A stretch of DNA of 64,000 nucleotides from positions 1 through 64,000 of IMG/VR virus record IMGVR_UViG_3300044797_000318. One strand, 5' to 3'. A program made the translations under genes and the position numbers. Numbering within the stretch: the first letter of the stretch is position 1; every line of letters begins with the position of its first letter. This stretch comes from a virus. The notes under the pieces were generated by a model. It worked only from the letters and a program-made list of their open reading frames with translations, did no database searches and was not told the DNA's origin. Below are positions 28,307 through 37,705 of the stretch, one piece after another.

Positions 28307-28897
28307 TCATGGTTTTAGATAAGGCACTATCTTAAAAGCCACTTCTTGTTTTAAGTCTTTCAACCCCCTATCGTTGTGAATGACATAATCGAAATCACTA
28401 TCTGGAATGCCATCTTGATCTGTCTCGCTAATGTGAGTGTCAGTTGGCTGATTGGTCTGACGATACAATCTAATAGTATAAAAACCTTTTTTCGTAAGGT
28501 GATCTAATTCATTGCGAAACCTAGCGTCACTTACTATTACAATTCCACTGCCAGATATTTTTACAAATCTCATATCAAAAATATTGAGCCATACATTATC
28601 TTGATATTCTCTGCCTTGCGTTCCTATGTCTTTAAGAATTTGTCGAACGGTAAGTGGCTGCCCATCTTTAAAGGCACCTGGAATAATTTCGCTACGATAC
28701 TTGGAAGAACCAAGGAAGAACTTTTTAGGAACTTGCGGATACATAATGCGCGCCATTTCCTTGATAGGGTCAGCAAAAGCTAAATATGAGGCCCACTGGT
28801 GTGGATATGGATATTGAGTGCGAATTTCTTTAACTAAAATTTTACTTAGGGTATCTTTACCAGTATTCATTTTGCCAGTAATACTTATTTTATACAT
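28307..28897 (-). CDS. Deoxynucleoside monophosphate kinase (T4 gp1-like)
   Basis: ITGKMNTGKDT, FADPIK, RQILKDIGT, SDARFRNE and HISE. Confidence 0.88.
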   Translation of the reverse strand: MYKISITGKMNTGKDTLSKILVKEIRTQYPYPHQWASYLAFADPIKEMARIMYPQVPKKFFLGSSKYRSEIIPGAFKDGQPLTVRQILKDIGTQGREYQDNVWLNIFDMRFVKISGSGIVIVSDARFRNELDHLTKKGFYTIRLYRQTNQPTDTHISETDQDGIPDSDFDYVIHNDRGLKDLKQEVAFKIVPYLKP

Positions 28898-28906
28898 CTT
28901 ACCTCC

Positions 28907-31114
28907 TCACCATGATGACACCACCCTAGCGCGTGATACCATGTTTATATCTTGTTCCACCAAAATAGCGTGGGAGAATTTATCTTTCAAGCGATCGTTA
29001 TGAGTGATTACTAAGATAGTAAAATCTTTTTGTAGAAACTTAATAATATCAGCAAAAGCATCCACCCTACCTTTGCTAAGGGATTGATCTAACTCATCTA
29101 ACAGCAAGAATTTGACATCAATTCCCAATAGGTTTTGCAAAAGAAATGACATTCCTAACTTCAAACTGAACAACACCATAAGCTGCATAGCGCCAGAAAG
29201 CTGCTCATAATAGCGCTCTTTACCATTAACTTGATAAGTGATATCCAAAGTGTCAGCTTCCGTACCATCACCCTTAGTCTTTTCGATAAAAAAGAAGAGT
29301 TGTAGCCCTGGCTTGAATTGATCTAATAACTTATTAACCTCTAATTGCAGGGCATCCAAAATATTATGAATGATTAGATTGGGGATGCCAGTACTAGAGA
29401 AGGCCTGAGCTACCAGCGGATACATAATCAACTTATCTTCCAACTCTTTAATCAATTTGGATAGGTCTTGTTTTTTTTGCCTGTCTAGTTTTTTCTGATC
29501 AATGCCATGCAGCATCACGGCCTTATGGTTGGTAAAATGAGTTAATTCTTTGTTGATGCCAGCAATTTTGGTAGCAATAACAGATAAACTCTCTTTTTCA
29601 AACTTAATACTTTGTTGTAAAAGCTTAGCTTCTTCAATAGAAGATTGTTGTAATTCTTCCCTAATTTGCACTAGCTCTAATTCTTTGTCTTTCAGTTCCG
29701 TATTGAACTTTGTAAGCAATGTAGCATACTCTTCATAAGAGGCGCGCTTATCAGTTACTTCTTTTTTCTTAGTAACTATTTTGGTGTTAATACTTTCCAA
29801 ATGTTGTTTGGACATCGTGAGATTGCTAATAATTTGCTGATTAGCGTGAATTTCTGAATTTAACTTACTAATGATGTTTTTAGAGTCTTTAATGCTAATT
29901 TGTAAAGCAACCATCTTAGCCTGGTCTTTAGCTAAACATTCCTGACGATGTTGGTCAGTCATGGGCTGACGGCAATGCTTACAGACACTATCGGTCGGCA
30001 TAGGAATTTTCAACTCGTCGTACTGAGTTAAAGACGTTTGGATATTGACATTATGCCGGGTTGCCAATACCTTCTTTTGCTCAATTTGTTCGCTAAGAAT
30101 ATCAATTCGTGAATAATCTAAACCAACTAGCTGGGTTTGGGTGGCCTCTAAAGATTTGACCTCCGCTACTAATTCACGGGCTTCTTGTATAATATTACTT
30201 CGTTTGGTAGTGTATTCTTTGACGGAGATTTCCGATCTAGTTTTACCTTGAATTAAAGCTTGCTCTCGGCTAACCAAAGCAGAAAATTTACCCTCCAACG
30301 AAGAATGTTGGGCCATTAATTCATTAATTTTTTCGGTTAGCGACTTAGAAAGCCCCTCTAATTCTTGAAGTGTTTCTTGTCGAATAGAAAGTTCGTCCTC
30401 TATTTTGGATAGCTGAACACTGAGTTTATTAATCTCTTCATCTGGAGTCCCCAGAGATTCTACTAAAGTGCGTATGCGATCCAACTCACGTGATAGTAAG
30501 GTAGATTTTTCTTTAACTATCTTTTCTAATTTAGAATAGATTACTAAGTTAAGCGCATCTTTTAGAATAGCTTTACGTTTTTCTGGGGTAGCTGTAGCAA
30601 GACTATTAAAATCGTTCTGTACAAAATGAACGAAAGTTCTAAAAGACTTATAATTAATCTTGAGCAATTTAGCTAAGTCTTTTTCTGTATCAGCGGCACG
30701 GCGGCCCGAGATATCTTTCCAAAATCTATCATCAAAAAGAGCTTCGTGATTATCGTTGTGCAACACATTTTCTATAGGGCCAATCTCACCAGTTCCTTCA
30801 TAGAGAGAAAGGTCAGTAGAACCCTTACGCGTGCGCGTACGCGCGAGTCTGTATTCCCGATCTCCCATAGCAAAATCAAAAACTACACTACAAAGCAAGG
30901 CATCATCTCGAATAATTTTTTCTAGGTTGAAATTGGATTGATTGAATAAGACATATTCGATAGACTTAAAGATAGTCGTCTTACCAACACCATTAGCCTC
31001 AGCATCATTGCCCTCAGTTTTTCCCACTAACAAAGCCGAGCTGAACTGCGTAAAATCGATATACGCCCAATCATAACACATAAAATCTTTGAGATAAAGT
31101 CTGAGGGGTTTCAT
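28907..31114 (-). CDS. sbcC: SbcC/Rad50-like ATPase
   Basis: NGVGKTT Walker A, Q-loop, CKHC hook, LSGA signature, LLLDE and ITH. Confidence 0.92.
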   Translation of the reverse strand: MKPLRLYLKDFMCYDWAYIDFTQFSSALLVGKTEGNDAEANGVGKTTIFKSIEYVLFNQSNFNLEKIIRDDALLCSVVFDFAMGDREYRLARTRTRKGSTDLSLYEGTGEIGPIENVLHNDNHEALFDDRFWKDISGRRAADTEKDLAKLLKINYKSFRTFVHFVQNDFNSLATATPEKRKAILKDALNLVIYSKLEKIVKEKSTLLSRELDRIRTLVESLGTPDEEINKLSVQLSKIEDELSIRQETLQELEGLSKSLTEKINELMAQHSSLEGKFSALVSREQALIQGKTRSEISVKEYTTKRSNIIQEARELVAEVKSLEATQTQLVGLDYSRIDILSEQIEQKKVLATRHNVNIQTSLTQYDELKIPMPTDSVCKHCRQPMTDQHRQECLAKDQAKMVALQISIKDSKNIISKLNSEIHANQQIISNLTMSKQHLESINTKIVTKKKEVTDKRASYEEYATLLTKFNTELKDKELELVQIREELQQSSIEEAKLLQQSIKFEKESLSVIATKIAGINKELTHFTNHKAVMLHGIDQKKLDRQKKQDLSKLIKELEDKLIMYPLVAQAFSSTGIPNLIIHNILDALQLEVNKLLDQFKPGLQLFFFIEKTKGDGTEADTLDITYQVNGKERYYEQLSGAMQLMVLFSLKLGMSFLLQNLLGIDVKFLLLDELDQSLSKGRVDAFADIIKFLQKDFTILVITHNDRLKDKFSHAILVEQDINMVSRARVVSSW

Positions 31115-32307
31115 TCTTTGGCCTCCAACTTATATTGATTATGGATGTCCAACGCCAACTCTATAAATGCTGGCTGTAGTTTGATGTCAATATATTTTTC
31201 AGCGTAAGTTTTGATGGAGGTGGGGACATCCATCTTAGTATCGATGGTGTTATTATCATCCTTTTTAATGAGTGTAATTTTTTTAGACTCTGAAATACCT
31301 GATACGCTGAAAGCACCTTGCGCAGACAAATACTGTTCAATACTGGATTTATTAATAGATTTGAGCTCGGGTGTTGCTAAGGAAACATCCACACGAACAA
31401 TGGAGCGATCCCAATCTCCAACTTTCTTTAATTCTTTAAGTACGTAATCAGTAGTATCGTCAGTATCTTTAGGGATAACAATACTTAATTTTTTAAGTGG
31501 TCGTGTAGGTAGTAATTCGGTAGTCCAAGAGTGTTTGCTAGAAGAACAATCAAAAATGATGATGAACTTTTTTTGATCGGTTTCCCCAAAATTGGAAATA
31601 TCCATACTACCGATGTGGGCAATATGCGGAAATTTCTGCATCACTTGTGGCTTATGTACGTGCCCCATCCACACATAATCGTATCCCTGAAACATATTCA
31701 ATGGACAAAACAGCTCATTAGCAATATCATCAATTTCATCGCCTACAGGAATAGAGCCCTCAATAGCTAGATGACCAATCAATACTTTTTGATAAGTAGA
31801 AGGGATACTAGCTAGTTCATAGACGAGACTGTCGCGTACCATAGAAATAGCTTCTATATTAGAGGCGACACTAAAAGATTTTCTATCTCGGTATGGCACA
31901 AAGGTAAAAGCAGATGTACCTATCGTAACAGTATCAATCTCTTTGTAGATATGAATTTTTTCTAGATCTGCTTCGCTAATAATATCCAGCGGGGAAGTAT
32001 AAATAAAGCCGCTACGCAAAATATCGTGATTGCCAATAATGATATGAACATTGATGTCATACACTTGACATTTTTTGAGCCACGACATAAACATAGCAAT
32101 AAGCGCTGGATGCGGTTTGGGGTCTTCAAACACGTCCCCAGTAATAATAATATGATCGGCATGATACTCTATGGCGCGATCAAGCGTCCAGTCCAACAAT
32201 GTAAGCTGATCAGCGATACGACTATTGAGAGTGGCACCTATACCAGCTTTGCCGATATTGGTTCCTTTTCCAAGGTGCGGATCGCCTAAAAATATGGCGA
32301 TTGTCAT
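31111..32307 (-). CDS. sbcD: SbcD/Mre11-like nuclease
   Basis: GDPHLG, TGDVFE, GNHD, GH and GHVH phosphoesterase motifs. Confidence 0.92.
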   Translation of the reverse strand: MTIAIFLGDPHLGKGTNIGKAGIGATLNSRIADQLTLLDWTLDRAIEYHADHIIITGDVFEDPKPHPALIAMFMSWLKKCQVYDINVHIIIGNHDILRSGFIYTSPLDIISEADLEKIHIYKEIDTVTIGTSAFTFVPYRDRKSFSVASNIEAISMVRDSLVYELASIPSTYQKVLIGHLAIEGSIPVGDEIDDIANELFCPLNMFQGYDYVWMGHVHKPQVMQKFPHIAHIGSMDISNFGETDQKKFIIIFDCSSSKHSWTTELLPTRPLKKLSIVIPKDTDDTTDYVLKELKKVGDWDRSIVRVDVSLATPELKSINKSSIEQYLSAQGAFSVSGISESKKITLIKKDDNNTIDTKMDVPTSIKTYAEKYIDIKLQPAFIELALDIHNQYKLEAKE

Positions 32308-32377
32308 GTAACCCTATCTTATATAAAATCTTGTTATAAAAATGTCTAATATTTAGATCGTATTGGCGTGAATATTT

Positions 32378-32665
32378 TTACTTTTTGACAGGTACAGATT
32401 GTACAACATCAAGTTCTTTAATGGTGTAAGACATGACATTGTAGACCCCGGCGTACATACCATCTTCGGGATCATCCATCGGTGGATCGGACTCTGAATT
32501 CATCATGTCGCATTGCTGTAATGCGCGAGTTGGATCAGAATAACATCCAAAAACGTCAAAATCATCTGGAAATTTAAGCGTATCAGGCCCGGAACCAGTA
32601 TCCGTATAGCCAAGAACAAGGTAAATTTTCTGAATTGTTTCCATGAAATAAATATTTCCCTTCAA
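32378..32665 (-). CDS. Acidic hypothetical protein
   Basis: 95-aa ORF; probable start at METIQK. Confidence 0.6.
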   Translation of the reverse strand: MKGNIYFMETIQKIYLVLGYTDTGSGPDTLKFPDDFDVFGCYSDPTRALQQCDMMNSESDPPMDDPEDGMYAGVYNVMSYTIKELDVVQSVPVKK

Positions 32666-32749
32666 GTTGAAAATTGTTTAGTATAATCCGTCTCTATCTA
32701 ATCAATATCTTTTAGAATATATAAAAATATTCCCAATGTTGAACATTTT

Positions 32750-33007
32750 TTATATTTCACACTTAGAGTATAAAAGTTCTATTTCCTCGGGCGATAAATC
32801 ATCCTCCGAGTTTTTACCTACTTTTCGTAGATATTTATTGAGTTCTCTGATATATTGATTGCCATTGATAGCAACTATCTTACCAATAGTCCAACCTTTG
32901 GCGGGCGACAAATTATCACCATAAAGCACTTCCAAGTCCGTACGAATTGGAAAAGCGCCCACATATGTTGGCTCCGAAACTGAATAATAACCGTCTTCTA
33001 TTGTCAT
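32750..33007 (-). CDS. Small hypothetical protein resembling a capsid-protein C-terminal segment
   Basis: 85 aa; EPTYVGAFPIRTDLEVL...KGW. The similarity is from recall and unverified. Confidence 0.55.
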   Translation of the reverse strand: MTIEDGYYSVSEPTYVGAFPIRTDLEVLYGDNLSPAKGWTIGKIVAINGNQYIRELNKYLRKVGKNSEDDLSPEEIELLYSKCEI

Positions 33008-33642
33008 GGCTTATAGTGATTGATATAATCTTTCAGTTGTTCGACCGTGCGAAATAACGCTTCGTTATCAAGGCTCTTGTGTCTCAAATTAATTTGATCG
33101 TAAGCCTCACACGCTCGCTCCACATATACCCGCGCTTCTTCGGTAGAGTAAGTTTGATAAAAATCTCGGACAGTATTGGAAAAATCCATCATAATTTTGA
33201 GGCGTCCATCGGCATCCACAGGAGACAGGTAGTTATCGTCATCCACATCACCTACGTTATCCTTGAATAGATCTAATACTTTGACGGCCGCTTTAACAAG
33301 ACTAATACCATCCATAGCTGCCACAAAATGTGGGGCGTGAGCAAAGGGACCACCTATGCGACAACCGAAACAACAAAAACTGTTAGTCTCACTATAATAC
33401 TTGAATGAGGCTGTACTCTCACGACCACCCTTGTGCGATTTGAAAGGGCATGTAATTTTGTAATGCATATCATTACAATGAATGGCGTAATGCTTAAATA
33501 TTTTAAGCAGAGGAACCGTACTAGCCAGATCGATTAAGTTCTGATAATGATCTTTTCCTGTAAAAGCAGCTGCAATATCTCCAGCTTCGCTTGGTGTTTG
33601 GCTATGGCCATCGGATCTGGCTGTATTTGATAACGGGCACAT
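33004..33642 (-). CDS. CHC2 zinc-finger protein (DnaG N-terminal domain)
   Basis: CPFKSH...ESTASF...NSFCCFGC...FVAAMDGISLVKA. Confidence 0.85.
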   Translation of the reverse strand: MCPLSNTARSDGHSQTPSEAGDIAAAFTGKDHYQNLIDLASTVPLLKIFKHYAIHCNDMHYKITCPFKSHKGGRESTASFKYYSETNSFCCFGCRIGGPFAHAPHFVAAMDGISLVKAAVKVLDLFKDNVGDVDDDNYLSPVDADGRLKIMMDFSNTVRDFYQTYSTEEARVYVERACEAYDQINLRHKSLDNEALFRTVEQLKDYINHYKP

Positions 33643-33713
33643 AATTGTGAATACTCCCCAAAAAGTTCTTTTTCCTCAGAAATTAGTGAAAGAAGTAGCT
33701 CTTTGGGCGTCAT
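33534..33713 (-). CDS. Small helical hypothetical protein overlapping the CHC2 gene
   Basis: MTPKELLLSLISEEKELF...; amphipathic; GGGAAG upstream. Confidence 0.5.
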   Translation of the reverse strand: MTPKELLLSLISEEKELFGEYSQLCARYQIQPDPMAIAKHQAKLEILQLLLQEKIIIRT

Positions 33714-33810
33714 TTGACTTCCCAAACTCTTTTTCCATTTATTGTATTGGTTACCTTATACATAGAGTGCATACTGTGATGCGCTATAATGGCTGTTTGT
33801 CCGAATAATA

Positions 33811-34311
33811 TTAAACATCGATTTTTTTCTTGTCAAGCGCTTTGGTAATTTCTTTGTTTATATAATCAGTGAGAGACTGGGAATCTAATTTCTTTTGGAG
33901 GACGCCCGTAGCATATTCCAATTCATTGATACGATCTCTCTGAGCCAGAGAGGTCTTGAATAAACAAGTGATGACAGTCAAAGACCCCATACCCTCTTGC
34001 TCATTAGGATCATTGTTGATTTCAATAGCCAGTTGAATCATATTTTGCAGCATCTCTTTTTCTGATTCTGCCAGAAAAATATTACGATTCTGAGGGAGTG
34101 TCTTATCCATAATGGCCTTATTGAACCGAATAAAAAGATCGGCAGCACGAGACTTGTAGGAAGATTTTTTCTCTTCTACAGCTTGTACTTTCTGCTGAAA
34201 CTCTTGTGGGCTGGGAGCTTTAGGCTTCCCTTCAAACATAGATTTCTGCCCAATCTTCTTGAGACCAACTTTGGGCGCATAATCCTTGGGGTCTTTTTCC
34301 TCAAATGGCAT
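33811..34311 (-). CDS. Hypothetical protein
   Basis: 166-aa ORF. Confidence 0.75.
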   Translation of the reverse strand: MPFEEKDPKDYAPKVGLKKIGQKSMFEGKPKAPSPQEFQQKVQAVEEKKSSYKSRAADLFIRFNKAIMDKTLPQNRNIFLAESEKEMLQNMIQLAIEINNDPNEQEGMGSLTVITCLFKTSLAQRDRINELEYATGVLQKKLDSQSLTDYINKEITKALDKKKIDV

Positions 34312-34318
34312 TTAGACC

Positions 34319-34753
34319 TTACTTCTTGTTTGGAACCAAAGGTTGTGGAGCGCGGGCTACGATCACAAATCTGTCAGCTAACTCTACAATAAACTTGCTT
34401 CCTAATGCCGACTCCAAAGATGGCAAAGTGGCAGAGGAACGGATAGTACAATAAAGCTTACTTGGCTCTACCGTGACGGGGGTAACGTGCATACGAACGG
34501 TTTGATCTGGCAAACCAAACATTTGGATTGGAAGATTTTCAATTTCAGCCCAAATTAGTTCAGCCTGAGTTTTTGCTGGGGGAGTTGGACGAGGTGCGGG
34601 GGCTACTGGAGGAGTAGCAACTGGCGGCTTGGGCTTACTGGCTGCCAACACTTTCTTAGGATCGACTTTCTTAGCCGACTTTAAAATTACTTTTTTGGCT
34701 GTGGGTGATTTCTTGACAGTAACTCTGACGACTTGTTTAGCTTGCTTGGGCAT
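34319..34753 (-). CDS. Hypothetical protein with Lys/Pro-rich N-terminus
   Basis: Probable start MPKQAK after GGAG; histone H1-like basic stretch. Confidence 0.7.
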   Translation of the reverse strand: MPKQAKQVVRVTVKKSPTAKKVILKSAKKVDPKKVLAASKPKPPVATPPVAPAPRPTPPAKTQAELIWAEIENLPIQMFGLPDQTVRMHVTPVTVEPSKLYCTIRSSATLPSLESALGSKFIVELADRFVIVARAPQPLVPNKK

Positions 34754-34773
34754 GATTATCTCCGATAATGGTT

Positions 34774-35079
34774 TCAAGAAATACATATATCAGCAAATAC
34801 GTCTTTCAAAACGCCAGTTAAAACACAACCGCAAATTCTTTTAACTTCTCGACCCTCTCGCAAAACCAAGAGAGTTGGAACGGAATCGATAAAAAATCTT
34901 TTACACTGATTACTGAACTGATCAACATCTATTGCATAGAAGGGGACTTGATACTTTTCTTTGATCTTATCAATCATAACAAGATATTTTTTATGATAAG
35001 GCATCCAAGAAGTATAAAAATACATAGATTGTAAAGGCAAATCTATTTGTAGGTCTTCTTCTCGTGTAATGAAAATCAT
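34774..35079 (-). CDS. Thioredoxin-fold protein lacking CxxC
   Basis: FYTSWMPYH where WCxxC is expected; IDVD...IDSVPTL...GREVKRICG. Confidence 0.75.
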   Translation of the reverse strand: MIFITREEDLQIDLPLQSMYFYTSWMPYHKKYLVMIDKIKEKYQVPFYAIDVDQFSNQCKRFFIDSVPTLLVLREGREVKRICGCVLTGVLKDVFADICIS

Positions 35080-35080
35080 T

Positions 35081-35341
35081 TCAATTCTTGAGGTCCTTCT
35101 TATCTTTAGCAGTATTTTCCAATTTAGAAATAAAATCTTTGATATTTTTAGATGATTGTGCTTTTTCTAAAACTACTTGAGCCACTCTTTTAGCAATCTC
35201 TTCAGTAGCTACGGTCAATTCTTCTTGAGTAAAAAGACCCTTTTCAAGGAGTAATTTCTCTAAAGCAGTTATTCGCAACATAGCGTCAGCCATTAGAATA
35301 TCGCTAGTTATTTCTTGCTTGTCTATTTTTTTATCGATCAT
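35081..35341 (-). CDS. Hypothetical protein
   Basis: 86 aa; ALEKLLLEKGLFTQEEL. Confidence 0.7.
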   Translation of the reverse strand: MIDKKIDKQEITSDILMADAMLRITALEKLLLEKGLFTQEELTVATEEIAKRVAQVVLEKAQSSKNIKDFISKLENTAKDKKDLKN

Positions 35342-35362
35342 AATTACAATCCTTTTAATATA

Positions 35363-35890
35363 TCAATGACATGAGCACTTTTTATATTTCTTCCCAGAAC
35401 CACAAGAACACGGTTCATTGGGACCAACCTTAGCGGCTTTGACGACCGTAACAGGGGTGGGCACTTTTCGATCCATGAATAAAGTAGAGTTGAGGTGATC
35501 TAACTCGTGTTGACAAACCACAGCCACCAATCCGGTCGCCACAAAACTATGAGGCTCTACTAAATTATTAGAAACATGTATTTCTTGAAATCGAATAGTA
35601 TTTTCTAAACGACCAGGAAAAGATAAACAACCTTCCTCTTCAAAAAGGGCTGGGTCGAATCCTGATAGGAGCTTAGCATTAATTAAATTTAAACTAATCT
35701 TAGGTAATCTAACAATGGCAATATTCTTGGCAAGACCTATTTGTGGCGCTGCCAAACCAATTCCGGCACGACCAATCCTATTACCGTACTCTAATTCTTT
35801 TTCCAAAGCTTCAATAAGTGCTCCCGCTTCTTCTAAGAGAACGGGCTCACAAATTACTCGAAGGGCCGCTTCATTGTTAGTAATAATCAT
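35363..35890 (-). CDS. def: Peptide deformylase with C-terminal SEC-C motif
   Basis: GIGLAAPQIG, EGCLS and QHELDH; tail GPNEPCSCGSGKKYKKC. Confidence 0.95.
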   Translation of the reverse strand: MIITNNEAALRVICEPVLLEEAGALIEALEKELEYGNRIGRAGIGLAAPQIGLAKNIAIVRLPKISLNLINAKLLSGFDPALFEEEGCLSFPGRLENTIRFQEIHVSNNLVEPHSFVATGLVAVVCQHELDHLNSTLFMDRKVPTPVTVVKAAKVGPNEPCSCGSGKKYKKCSCH

Positions 35891-35910
35891 CTCTTACCTA
35901 TATCAAACAA

Positions 35911-36108
35911 TTATTTTTTGCCGCAACCACAGCCCTTAGTACGGGGAGGGGAATTCTGTATTCTTTTCAAACAAACAGTGCAAATATGGTCCTTAGCGGA
36001 ACATAATTCACAGATAACCGCAATATTAACTACCACGGCTCCCTGACAGCGATGACAAGTTTTTTTAGTATATACAAAAGCTAATTTACTACAACCGCTG
36101 CACATCAT
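35911..36108 (-). CDS. Small Cys-rich protein
   Basis: Four CxxC pairs plus a CGCG tail. Confidence 0.7.
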   Translation of the reverse strand: MMCSGCSKLAFVYTKKTCHRCQGAVVVNIAVICELCSAKDHICTVCLKRIQNSPPRTKGCGCGKK

Positions 36109-36109
36109 A

Positions 36110-36370
36110 TTATTTTATATTCTTGGCAGAGTTGACATCTTCTAATATATCAGAAGCTTCTTTGAGAAGATTTTTGGTTTCGGCAAACCACAAATAATTG
36201 CTAATAATTTCGCGTGCTTGATGATAGTCTTCGGCCGGATCGCAGGCATCAAGGCAGGACTGACAAATCTTGAAACGAGTGACATTGATTTTAGACGAGG
36301 CTATGCTTTGCAGATCATCCGAATTGAACTCCTGAGCACATATCACACAATTTGTTGATTTGTCCGTCAT
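36110..36370 (-). CDS. Small Zn-finger protein
   Basis: CVIC...CQSC. Confidence 0.7.
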   Translation of the reverse strand: MTDKSTNCVICAQEFNSDDLQSIASSKINVTRFKICQSCLDACDPAEDYHQAREIISNYLWFAETKNLLKEASDILEDVNSAKNIK

Positions 36371-36449
36371 AACAACATCCTATATCCTGAGGTTGTTATT
36401 TATACCACATTATTACACAAAACAAATGTTTTACTACCATCCTAATCTT

Positions 36450-36959
36450 TTAATAACTTAAAAAGTCGTCCCACCCCTCAAACCAGTGTTCCTGCGGATC
36501 CGCCACATAATAATGAGCAGAAAAAGAGGGATGAGTAGGCTTTCTCAACAATTTCATACCGGCTTGTTCTGGTGTGAAAGCCGCTTTCTTATTATTACAG
36601 TCTTGACAAGAAACTACACAATTGACAAAAGAAGTAATGCCGCCTTGTGCCCTAGGTAGAACGTGGTCGATGGTAATCTGAGAGGCAGTTAGCTTTCTAC
36701 CACAGTACTGACAAGTGTTCCTATCTCTCTTGACAAGAGCCTTGCGACTAAAATTGGAATTGAAATAGTTCCTGCGTACGTGATTTTTCAATCTTAAAAT
36801 AGCGGGGTGTTTCACTTTTCCAGCGCCCCAGGTGACATAGTCATCCCACGAGGAAATAACTTCTACTTTGTCTTTGAAGAGTAGTTTAAAAACTTTTCTC
36901 TCAGGTATGAAAGATAATACCTCATAAGACGCATTTAATAAAAGTGTCTTTTTGGACAT
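36450..36959 (-). CDS. HNH endonuclease (McrA-like family)
   Basis: LLLNASYE, RDRNTCQYCG, TIDHVLPRAQGG, NCVVSCQDCNNKK, TPEQAGMKL. Confidence 0.9.
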   Translation of the reverse strand: MSKKTLLLNASYEVLSFIPERKVFKLLFKDKVEVISSWDDYVTWGAGKVKHPAILRLKNHVRRNYFNSNFSRKALVKRDRNTCQYCGRKLTASQITIDHVLPRAQGGITSFVNCVVSCQDCNNKKAAFTPEQAGMKLLRKPTHPSFSAHYYVADPQEHWFEGWDDFLSY

Positions 36960-37024
36960 CACATAAGCCTTTAATAAAAATGTTAATATATTGTTCTAAC
37001 TTTGAATTCATTTGCTAACCAATT

Positions 37025-37705
37025 TCACAAATCGGAAAGGGCATCTCGAATGTCTTTCCCATCAATCTCGTTACCTAGACAAGTCCAACCAGGACGGATA
37101 CGCCTAGCAAACAATTCTAGTTTATGGGCTGTTGGAAACATTATTTCCAAAGAGTTTTGCAAGCATTCTGGTTTAGCAGAGTGTTTTAGGTTTTCAGCAA
37201 AGGAAACAGAACGTTGTGATTTATTGTTTAATTGCTTATAAATCTTATTGCTGCTTATTCCAATTAAACAAATTTCGTGGGTTTGTCGGAAAAGACGCCC
37301 CATACCAAAAGCTAAAATAGAAGACATGTTGACATTTCTTATCGTATTAAGAAATATTGTAATGTAGCTCTTATAATTTACGTCAGTTACCTTTTTAGGT
37401 TTAGCAAGGCGAATGAAATCGGCAAGTGGTATTTTCTTAGTCTTGACCCAGACATAAGTTTGCTTGTGTTGAAAGCCCCAAGCTTTCATAGTATCCAAGC
37501 CATCTTGCAGCAAGGAGCTGGGCACCCATAAACATAAGACAGCCCCGTCAGAATGGCAATAGTCCTTTACGGGCAGCTCACGAATTTCCTGCATTGTCAT
37601 GGTATCGTAGTTGGCCTGAGCCCCACGTTTGACATCGGACATTTTTAAAGAATCTTTGAAATTCCAGGGTGGGTCACAAACAATACAGGTAAATTTTTTA
37701 CTCAT
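37025..37705 (-). CDS. MT-A70 family adenine methyltransferase
   Basis: DPPW, YDTM, LCLWV, WGF, WVK, HSAKP and LELFAR...GW...GNE. Confidence 0.9.
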   Translation of the reverse strand: MSKKFTCIVCDPPWNFKDSLKMSDVKRGAQANYDTMTMQEIRELPVKDYCHSDGAVLCLWVPSSLLQDGLDTMKAWGFQHKQTYVWVKTKKIPLADFIRLAKPKKVTDVNYKSYITIFLNTIRNVNMSSILAFGMGRLFRQTHEICLIGISSNKIYKQLNNKSQRSVSFAENLKHSAKPECLQNSLEIMFPTAHKLELFARRIRPGWTCLGNEIDGKDIRDALSDL

